From the human T2T-CHM13v2.0 reference genome, Homo sapiens, in the NCBI RefSeq assembly GCF_009914755.1, contig NC_060948.1: a DNA stretch of 64,000 nt; one strand, 5' to 3'. Positions 1 to 10,736 of this stretch are shown in pieces (within the stretch, counting starts at the first letter, position 1; each line of letters begins with the position of its first letter). The notes under the pieces were generated by a model. That model ran no database searches, was not told where the DNA came from, and worked only from the letters and a program-made list of their open reading frames with translations. A program made the position numbers and the translations under genes.

Positions 1-269
1 GAAGTGAATGGACTCCAATGGAATGGATTCAAAAGGAATGGAATCGTACGGAATGGAATCTAATGGAATGGAATTAAATGGAAATGAATCAAATTGAATA
101 GCACGGAATTGAATTGAATGGAATGGAATGCAATGGAATCTAATGAAACGGAAAGGAAAGGAATGGAATGGAATGGAATGGGCTGGAATGGAAAGGAATC
201 GAAACGAATGGAATGGAATCGAAGTGAAGAGACTGGAATGGAATGCACTGGAATGGAAGGGAGTGTAAT

Positions 270-284
270 GGAAGGTTCTCGAAA
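270..284. promoter_or_regulatory. Perfect heat-shock element motif gGAAg-gTTCt-cGAAa (polymorphic among units)
   Basis: Exact match to nGAAnnTTCnnGAAn in units 1, 3, 4, 8, 9, 15, 17 and 18; disrupted in the other ten. Function inferred only. Confidence 0.5.
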
Positions 285-2787
285 AAAATGGAATCGAATG
301 GAATGGAATTGAATGGAACGGAATAGAGTCGAATGGAATTGAATGGAATGGAATGGACTAGAGTGAAATGGAATCGAACCACAAGGAATGGACAGGAATA
401 GAATGGTCTCGAATTGAATGGAATCGTATGGAATGGCATCAAACGGAATGGAATGGACAGCCACGGAATGGAATGCACTCGAATGCAATGGAGTCGAAAC
501 TAATGGACTGGAATAGAATGGACTCGACTGGTACGGACTCCAATGGAATGGAATCGAATGGAAGGGAATCGAACGGAATGGAATCGAACGGAATGGACTC
601 GAAGGGAAAAGACTGCAATGGAAAGGTCTCGAATGGAATGGAAATTAATGGAATGGAATGGAATCGAATGAAATGGAGTCAAAAGGAATGGAATCGAATG
701 GCAAGAAATCGAATGTAATGGAATCGCCAGGAATTGATGTGAACGGAACGGAATGGAATGGAATCCAAAGGAATGGAATAGAATGGAATGGAATCGAATG
801 GAAAGGACTCGAATGGAAATCACTCGAATAGAATGCAATTTAATAAAATAGGATCAAATGTAATGGAATGGAATGGAAAGGAATCGAAACGAAAGGAATG
901 GAGACAGATGGAATGGAATGGAACAGAGAGCAATGGTATAGAATGGAATGGAATCATCTGGAATGGAATTGAATGGAATGGAATAATATGAAATGGAATG
1001 GAATGGAATGGAATGGAATGCCCTTGAATTAAATGGACTGGAATGGAATGGACTCAAACAGAGTGGAATGGAAAGTGTGGAGATAGAATGGAATGAACTC
1101 CTTTGGAATGGTGTAGTATGCAATGCAATCGACTGCAGGGAGTCAAAAGGTATGTAATCGAATGGATTGGACTGGAATGCAAAGGACTCGAATAGATTGG
1201 AAACGGAATGCAAAGGAATGGAATGGAATAGTATGGAATGCAATGGAAGGGAATGCAGTGGAATAGACTAGAGTGGAATGGAATGGACTGGAAAGCAATG
1301 GACTGGAATGGAACTTTCTTGGATGGACTGGAATCAAACGGAATGGAATGCAGTGCAATCAAATGGCATGGAATAAAATAGAATGAAAGAGAATCAAATG
1401 GAATTGAATCGAATGGAATCGAATGGATTGGAAAGGAATAGAATGGAATGGAATGGAATTGACTCAAATGGAATGGACTAGAATGGAATGGATTCGAATG
1501 GAAGGCAAAGGAATGGAATCTATTGGAATGGACTGTAATGGAATGGAATGGAAGGGATTGGAATGGACTCGAATGGAATGGACTGCAATAGAAAGGATTC
1601 GAATGGAATGAAAAAGAATTGAATGGAATAGAACAGAATGGAATCAAATCGAATGAAATGGAATGGAATAGAAAGGAATGGAATGAAATGGAATGGAAAG
1701 GATTCGAATGGAATGCAATCGAATGGAATGGAATCGAACGGAATGGAATAAAATGGAAGAAAACTGGCAAGAAATGGAATCGAAATGAATGGAGTGTTAT
1801 GGAACGGACTCAAAAGGAATTGAATGTAATAGAATGGAGTGGAGTGGACTCGAATATAATGGACTGGAATGGAATGAAATCACATGGAATGGGAACGAAT
1901 GGAATGGAATGGAAAGGAATGGAATCGAATGGAAAGGAATCGAATGGAAGGGAATGAAATTGAATCAACACGAATGGAAGGGAATAGAATAGACTGTAAT
2001 GGAATGGACTCGAATAGAATGGACACGAATGCTCAAATTAAATGGACTCGAATGGAATGGAAACGAAAGGAATGTCATCGAATGGAATTGAATCGATTGG
2101 AATGAAATCGCATAGAATGGAGTGGAATCAAATGGAATTGAATCGAAAGGAAAGGAAGCGAATGGACTGAAATGAAATGGAATGGAATTGAATGGAAAGT
2201 AATGCAATGGAATAGAATGGAACGAAATTTCACGGAATGGAATCAAACTGAATGGAATCAAATCAATGGAATCAAATCAAATGGAATGGAAAGGAATTGA
2301 ATGGAGTAGATGGGATTGGATGGGATTGGAATGAAATGTACTGGAAAGGACTCGAATTTCATGAAACGGAATGGAATGAATTGGAACGGAATGGACTCGA
2401 ATGGAATGGAATGTCATGGGATGGCATCAAATGGAATGACATCAAATGGAATGGAATCGAATGCAATGGAATGCTATGGAATGGAATGGAATGCATTGGA
2501 ATGGAATGTCCGCTAATGGAATGGATTCGAGTGGAATGGAATTGAATATAATGGAGTCGAATGAAATGGAATTGAAAGGAATGGGATCGAATACAATGGA
2601 ATATACTGGAATGTAACGTAATGAACTCGAATGTAATTGACTGGAATGGAATGTACATGAATGGAATGTAATCGAATGGAAAGTAATCCAATGGAATAGA
2701 ATCTAATGCAATAAAATCGACTCAGATAGAGTAGAATGTAATGGAATGGAGTGCAGTGCAATGGAATGGAATGGAATGGAATGCAAT

Positions 2788-2832
2788 GGAATGGAATGGA
2801 ATGGAATGGAATGGAATGGAATGGAATGGAAT
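2788..2832 (+). repeat. Longest pure (GGAAT)n microsatellite of the unit (n=9 here; 4-10 among units)
   Basis: Counted between the flanking GCAAT and GGGAT pentamers in every unit. Confidence 0.9.
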
Positions 2833-3158
2833 GGGATGGAATGGTATGGAATGGATAGTAATGGACTGGAGTGAAATGGACTGGAAAGGAATGGACTCAA
2901 ATTGAAAGGGCTCGAAAGGAATGGAGTCAAATGGAATGGTCTGGAATGGAATGAACACGAATGTAATGCAACCCAATAGAATGGAATCGAATGGCATGGA
3001 ATATAAAGAAATGGAATCGAAGAGAATGGAAACAAATGGAATGGAATTGAATGGAATGGAATTGAATGGAATGGGAACGAATGGAGTGAAATTGTATGCA
3101 GTAGAAGAGAATAGAATGGAATGCAAGCGAAAGGAAAGGAATGGATTGGAATGGAATG

Positions 3159-3202
3159 GAATTCATTGGAATGGAAGGGAATGTAGTGTAATGGACAGGC
3201 CT
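3159..3202. other. Once-per-unit restriction landmarks: EcoRI GAATTC (3159-3164) and HaeIII/StuI AGGCCT (3197-3202)
   Basis: Read directly and seen at the equivalent position in all 18 units. They account for the classical male-specific ~3.4-3.6 kb HaeIII/EcoRI band. Confidence 0.9.
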
Positions 3203-3572
3203 GGAATAAAGTGGAATGCTACGGTCTCGAATGGAATAAAAATGTATGGAATGGAATGCAATGAAACGGAATCGAATGTCATAGAATGTAATGGAATGCA
3301 AAAAAATGGAATCCAAAATCATTGACTGGAAAGGCTGGGTGTCGAAAGGAATTGACTCCAATGGAATGGAATCGAATGGAATGGAAGTGAATAGAATCGA
3401 ACTAAATCGAATGGAATGGAATTGATAGGAACGGAATGGAAAGGAATGCAATGATTTGGCATGGAATGGAATCGAATGGCATCGAATGGAATGGAATGGA
3501 ATGCAATGGAATGGAATGTATTAGAATGTAATGAACTTTAATGGAATGTACTCGAATGGATTCGACTGGAAT

Positions 3573-3587
3573 GGAATGTTCTGGAAG
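3573..3587. promoter_or_regulatory. Perfect heat-shock element motif gGAAt-gTTCt-gGAAg (17 complete copies, one per unit junction as phased here)
   Basis: Exact match to the HSF consensus nGAAnnTTCnnGAAn. The motif is seen directly; HSF1 occupancy of this site is inference. Confidence 0.55.
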
Positions 3588-6500
3588 TGAATGGACTCCA
3601 ATGGAATGGATTCAAAAGGAATGGAATCGTACGGAATGGAATCTAATGGAATGGAATTAAATGGAAATGAATCAAATTGAATAGCACGGAATTGAATTGA
3701 ATGGAATGGAATGCAATGGAATCTAATGAAACGGAAAGGAAAGGAATGGAATGGAATGGAATGGGCTGGAATGGAAAGGAATCGAAACGAATGGAATGGA
3801 ATCGAAGTGAAGAGACTGGAATGGAATGCACTGGAATGGAAGGGAGTGTAATGCAAGGTTCTCGAAAAAAATGGAATCGAATGGAATGGAATTGAATGGA
3901 ACGGAATAGAGTCGAATGGAATTGAATGGAATGGAATGGACTAGAGTGAAATGGAATCGAACCACAAGGAATGGACAGGAATAGAATGGTCTCGAATTGA
4001 ATGGAATCGTATGGAATGGCATCAAACGGAATGGAATGGACAGCCACGGAATGGAATGCACTCGAATGCAATGGAGTCGAAACTAATGGACTGGAATAGA
4101 ATGGACTCGACTGGTACGGACTCCAATGGAATGGAATCGAATGGAAGGGAATCGAACGGAATGGACTCGAAGGGAAAAGACTGCAATGGAAAGGTCTCGA
4201 ATGGAATGGAAATTAATGGAATGGAATGGAATCGAATGAAATGGAGTCAAAAGGAATGGAATCGAATGGCAAGAAATCGAATGTAATGGAATCGCCAGGA
4301 ATTGATGTGAACGGAACGGAATGGAATGGAATCCAAAGGAATGGAATAGAATGGAATGGAATCGAATGGAAAGGACTCGAATGGAAATCACTCGAATAGA
4401 ATGCAATTTAATAAAATAGGATCAAATGTAATGGAATGGAATGGAAAGGAATCGAAACGAAAGGAATGGAGACAGATGGAATGGAATGGAACAGAGAGCA
4501 ATGGTATAGAATGGAATGGAATCATCTGGAATGGAATTGAATGGAATGGAATAATATGAAATGGAATGGAATGGAATGGAATGGAATGGAATGCCCTTGA
4601 ATTAAATGGACTGGAATGGAATGGACTCAAACAGAGTGGAATGGAAAGTGTGGAGATAGAATGGAATGAACTCCTTTGGAATGGTGTAGTATGCAATGCA
4701 ATCGACTGGCAGGGAATCAAAAGGAATGTAATCGAATGGATTGGACTGGAGTGCAATGGACTCGAATAGATTGGAAACGGAATGCAAAGGAATGGAATGG
4801 AATAGTATGGAATGCAATGGAAGGGAATGGAGTGGGATAGACTAGAGTGGAATGGAATGGACTGGAAAGCAATGGACTGGAATGGAACTTTCTTGGATGG
4901 ACTGGAATCAAACGGAATGGAATGCAATGCAATCAAATGGCATGGAATAAATTAGAATGAAAGAGAATCAAATGGAATTGAATCGAATGGAATCGAATGG
5001 ATTGGAAAGGAATAGAATGGAATGGAATGGAATTGACTCAAATGGAATGGACTAGAATGGAATGGATTCGAATGGAAGGCAAAGGAATGGAATCTATTGG
5101 AATGGACTGTAATGGAATGGAATGGAAGGGATTGGAATGGACTCGAATGGAATGGACTGCAATAGAAAGGATTCGAATGGAATGAAAAAGAATTGAATGG
5201 AATAGAACAGAATGGAATGAAATCGAATGAAATGGAATGGAATAGAAAGGAATGGAATGAAATGGAATGGAAAGGATTCGAATGGAATGCAATCGAATGG
5301 AATGGAATCGAACGGAATGGAATAAAATGGAAGAAAACTGGCAAGAAATGGAATCGAAATGAATGGAGTGTTATGGAACGGACTCAAAAGGAATTGAATG
5401 TAATAGAATGGAGTGGAGTGGACTCGAATATAATGGACTGGAATGGAATGAAATCACATGGAATGGGAACGAATGGAATGGAATGGAAAGGAATGGAATC
5501 GAATGGAAAGGAATCGAATGGAAGGGAATGAAATTGAATCAACACGAATGGAAGGGAATAGAATAGACTGTAATGGAATGGACTCGAATAGAATGGACAC
5601 GAATGCTCAAATTAAATGGACTCGAATGGAATGGAAACGAAAGGAATGTCATCGAATGGAATTGAATCGATTGGAATGAAATCGCATAGAATGGAGTGGA
5701 ATCAAATGGAATTGAATCGAAAGGAAAGGAAGCGAATGGACTGAAATGAAATGGAATGGAATTGAATGGAAAGTAATGCAATGGAATAGAATGGAACGAA
5801 ATTTCACGGAATGGAATCAAACTGAATGGAATCAAATCAATGGAATCAAATCACATGGAATGGAAAGGAATTGAATGGAGTAGATGGGATTGGATGGGAT
5901 TGGAATGAAATGTACTGGAAAGGACTCGAATTTCATGAAACGGAATGGAATGAATTGGAACGGAATGGACTCGAATGGAATGGAATGTCATGGGATGGCA
6001 TCCAATGGAATGGCATCAAATGGAATGGAATCGAATGCAATGGAATGCTATGGAATGGAATGGAATGCATTGGAATGGAATGTCCTCTAATGGAATGGAT
6101 TCGAGTGGAATGGAATTGAATATAATGGAGTCGAATGAAATGGAATTGAAAGGAATGGGATCGAATACAATGGAATATACTGGAATGTAACGTAATGAAC
6201 TCGAATGTAATTGACTGGAATGGAATGTACATGAATGGAATGTAATCGAATGGAAAGTAATCCAATGGAATAGAATCTAATGCAATAAAATCGACTCAGA
6301 TAGAGTAGAATGTAATGGAATGGAGTGCAGTGCAATGGAATGGAATGGAATGGAATGCAATGGAATGGAATGGAATGGAATGGAATGGAATGGAATGGAA
6401 TGGAATGGAATGGGATGGAATGGTATGGAATGGATAGTAATGGACTGGAGTGAAATGGACTGGAAAGGAATGGACTCAAATTGAAAGGGCTCGAAAGGAA

Positions 6501-7162
6501 TGGAGTCAAATGGAATGGTCTGGAATGGAATGAACACGAATGTAATGCAACCCAATAGAATGGAATCGAATGGCATGGAATATAAAGAAATGGAATCGAA
6601 GAGAATGGAAACAAATGGAATGGAATTGAATGGAATGGAATTGAATGGAATGGGAACGAATGGAGTGAAATTGTATGCAGTAGAAGAGAATAGAATGGAA
6701 TGCAAGCGAAAGGAAAGGAATGGATTGGAATGGAATGGAATTCATTGGAATGGAAGGGAATGTAGTGTAATGGACAGGCCTGGAATAAAGTGGAATGCTA
6801 CGGTCTCGAATGGAATAAAAATGTATGGAATGGAATGCAATGAAACGGAATCGAATGTCATAGAATGTAATGGAATGCAAAAAAATGGAATCCAAAATCA
6901 TTGACTGGAAAGGCTGGGTGTCGAAAGGAATTGACTCCAATGGAATGGAATCGAATGGAATGGAAGTGAATAGAATCGAACTAAATCGAATGGAATGGAA
7001 TTGATAGGAACGGAATGGAAAGGAATGCAATGATTTGGCATGGAATGGAATCGAATGGCATCGAATGGAATGGAATGGAATGCAATGGAATGGAATGTAT
7101 TAGAATGGAATGAACTTTAATGGAATGTACTCGAATGGATTCGACTGGAATGGAATGTTCTG
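3584..7162 (+). repeat. DYZ1 unit 2 (3579 bp)
   Basis: Marker ORF shifts 3643 to 7222. 15-bp short allele, one extra pentamer near 4563-4592, (GGAAT)10 tract. Confidence 0.95.
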
Positions 7163-10100
7163 GAAGTGAATGGACTCCAATGGAATGGATTCAAAAGGAA
7201 TGGAATCGTACGGAATGGAATCTAATGGAATGGAATTAAATGGAAATGAATCAAATTGAATAGCACGGAATTGAATTGAATGGAATGGAATGCAATGGAA
7301 TCTAATGAAACGGAAAGGAAAGGAATGGAATGGAATGGAATGGGCTGGAATGGAAAGGAATCGAAACGAATGGAATGGAATCGAAGTGAAGAGACTGGAA
7401 TGGAATGCACTGGAATGGAAGGGAGTGTAATGGAAGGTTCTCGAAAAAAATGGAATCGAATGGAATGGAATTGAATGGAACGGAATAGAGTCGAATGGAA
7501 TTGAATGGAATGGAATGGACTAGAGTGAAATGGAATCGAACCACAAGGAATGGACAGGAATAGAATGGTCTCGAATTGAATGGAATCGTATGGAATGGCA
7601 TCAAACGGAATGGAATGGACAGCCACGGAATGGAATGCACTCGAATGCAATGGAGTCGAAACTAATGGACTGGAATAGAATGGACTCGACTGGTACGGAC
7701 TCCAATGGAATGGAATCGAATGGAAGGGAATCGAACGGAATGGAATCGAACGGAATGGACTCGAAGGGAAAAGACTGCAATGGAAAGGTCTCGAATGGAA
7801 TGGAAATTAATGGAATGGAATGGAATCGAATGAAATGGAGTCAAAAGGAATGGAATCGAATGGCAAGAAATCGAATGTAATGGAATCGCCAGGAATTGAT
7901 GTGAACGGAACGGAATGGAATGGAATCCAAAGGAATGGAATAGAATGGAATGGAATCGAATGGAAAGGACTCGAATGGAAATCACTCGAATAGAATGCAA
8001 TTTAATAAAATAGGATCAAATGTAATGGAATGGAATGGAAAGGAATCGAAACGAAAGGAATGGAGACAGATGGAATGTAATGGAACAGAGAGCAATGGTA
8101 TAGAACGGAATGGAATCATCTGGAATGGAATTGAATGGAATGGAATAATATGAAATGGAATGGAATGGAATGGAATGGAATGCCCTTGAATTAAATGGAC
8201 TGGAATGGAATGGACTCAAACAGAGTGGAATGGAAAGTGTGGAGATAGAATGGAATGAACTCCTTTGGAATGGTGTAGTATGCAATGCAATCGACTGGCA
8301 GGGAATCAAAAGGAATGTAATCGAATGGATTGGACTGGAATGCAATGGACTCGAATAGATTGGAAACGGAATGCAAAGGAATGGAATGGAATAGTATGGA
8401 ATGCAATGGAAGGGAATGGAGTGGAATAGACTAGAGTGGAATGGAATGGACTGGAAAGCAATGGACTGGAATGGAACTTTCTTGGATGGACTGGAATCAA
8501 ACGGAATGGAATGCAATGCAATCAAATGGCATGGAATAAATTAGAATGAAAGAGAAACAAATGGAATTGAATCGAATGGATTGGAAAGGAATAGAATGGA
8601 ATGGAATGGAATTGACTCAAATGGAATGGACTAGAATGGAATGGATTCGAATGGAAGGCAAAGGAATGGAATCTATTGGAATGGACTGTAATGGAATGGA
8701 ATGGAAGGGATTGGAATGGACTCGAATGGAATGGACTGCAATAGAAAGGATTCGAATGGAATGAAAAAGAATTGAATGGAATAGAACAGAATGGAATCAA
8801 ATCGAATGAAATGGAATGGAATAGAAAGGAATGGAATGAAATGGAATGGAAAGGATTCGAATGGAATGCAATCGAATGGAATGGAATCGAACGGAATGGA
8901 ATAAAATGGAAGAAAACTGGCAAGAAATGGAATCGAAATGAATGGAGTGTTATGGAACGGACTCAAAAGGAATTGAATGTAATAGAATGGAGTGGAGTGG
9001 ACTCGAATATAATGGACTGGAATGGAATGAAATCACATGGAATGGGAACGAATGGAATGGAATGGAATGGAATGGAATCGAATGGAAAGGAATCGAATGG
9101 AAGGGAATGAAATTGAATCAACACGAATGGAAGGGAATAGAATAGACTGTAATGGAATGGACTCGAATAGAATGGACACGAATGCTCAAATTAAATGGAC
9201 TCGAATGGAATGGAAACGGAAGGAATGTCATCGAATGGAATTGAATCGATTGGAATGAAATCGCATAGAATGGAGTGGAATCAAATGGAATTGAATCGAA
9301 AGGAAAGGAAGCGAATGGACTGAAATGAAATGGAATGGAATTGAATGGAAAGTAATGCAATGGAATAGAATGGAACGAAATTTCACGGAATGGAATCAAA
9401 CTGAATGGAATCAAATCAATGGAATCAAATCAAATGGAATGGAAAGGAATTGAATGGAGTAGATGGGATTGGATGGGATTGGAATGAAATGTACTGGAAA
9501 GGACTCGAATTTCATGAAACGGAATGGAATGAATTGGAACGGAATGGACTCGAATGGAATGGAATGTCATGGGATGGCATCAAATGGAATGGCATCAAAT
9601 GGAATGGAATCGAATGCAATGGAATGCTATGGAATGGAATGGAATGCATTGGAATGGAATGTCCTCTAATGGAATGGATTCGAGTGGAATGGAATTGAAT
9701 ATAATGGAGTCGAATGAAATGGAATTGAAAGGAATGGGATCGAATACAATGGAATATACTGGAATGTAACGTAATGAACTCGAATGTAATTGACTGGAAT
9801 GGAATGTACATGAATGGAATGTAATCGAATGGAAAGTAATCCAATGGAATAGAATCTAATGCAATAAAATCGACTCAGATAGAGTAGAATGTAATGGAAT
9901 GGAGTGCAGTGCAATGGAATGGAATGGAATGGAATGCAATGGAATGGAATGGAATGGAATGGAATGGAATGGAATGGAATGGAATGGGATGGAATGGTAT
10001 GGAATGGATAGTAATGGACTGGAGTGAAATGGACTGGAAAGGAATGGACTCAAATTGAAAGGGCTCGAAAGGAATGGAGTCAAATGGAATGGTCTGGAAT

Positions 10101-10736
10101 GGAATGAACACGAATGTAATGCAACCCAATAGAATGGAATCGAATGGCATGGAATATAAAGAAATGGAATCGAAGAGAATGGAAACAAATGGAATGGAAT
10201 TGAATGGAATGGAATTGAATGGAATGGGAACGAATGGAGTGAAATTGTATGCAGTAGAAGAGAATAGAATGGAATGCAAGCGAAAGGAAAGGAATGGATT
10301 GGAATGGAATGGAATTCATTGGAATGGAAGGGAATGTAGTGTAATGGACAGGCCTGGAATAAAGTGGAATGCTACGGTCTCGAATGGAATAAAAATGTAT
10401 GGAATGGAAGGCAATGAAACGGAATCGAATGTCATAGAATGTAATGGAATGCAAAAAAATGGAATCCAAAATCATTGACTGGAAAGGCTGGGTGTCGAAA
10501 GGAATTGACTCCAATGGAATGGAATCGAATGGAATGGAAGTGAATAGAATCGAACTAAATCGAATGGAATGGAATTGATAGGAACGGAATGGAAAGGAAT
10601 GCAATGATTTGGCATGGAATGGAATCGAATGGCATCGAATGGAATGGAGTGGAATGCAATGGAATGGAATGTATTAGAATGGAATGAACTTTAATGGAAT
10701 GTACTCGAATGGATTCGACTGGAATGGAATGTTCTG
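7163..10736 (+). repeat. DYZ1 unit 3 (3574 bp)
   Basis: Marker ORF shifts 7222 to 10796. Private 10-bp deletion near 8570-8580, (GGAAT)9. Confidence 0.95.

Larger units (their letters stand above)
1..3583 (+). repeat. DYZ1 unit 1 (3583 bp)
   Basis: gaagtgaatggactcc recurs at 3584. Carries a 1-bp deletion near 1135 and a (GGAAT)9 tract. Confidence 0.95.

Noticed and set aside
2306-2330. GGGATTGGATGGGATTGG as a G-quadruplex or telomere-like motif
   Set aside because: It has only two G3 runs and is a simple 10-bp tandem variant of the pentamer, not TTAGGG.
2357-2366. 10-bp palindrome TTTCATGAAA
   Set aside because: It is too short for a stable cruciform and only a two-pentamer HSE-like half match with wrong spacing to the upstream GAA; it is plausible by chance.
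3062-3215. 154-bp segment bounded by sequences I recall as classical Y-sexing PCR primer sites
   Set aside because: It supports the DYZ1 identification but is a laboratory landmark recalled from memory, not a biological feature or a novelty.
842-3240. Several AATAAA hexamers per unit (e.g. 842, 1372, 1747, 2710, 3205, 3235) as poly(A) signals
   Set aside because: They arise easily from GAATGGAA by G>A changes, and there is no supporting transcript evidence in the sequence.
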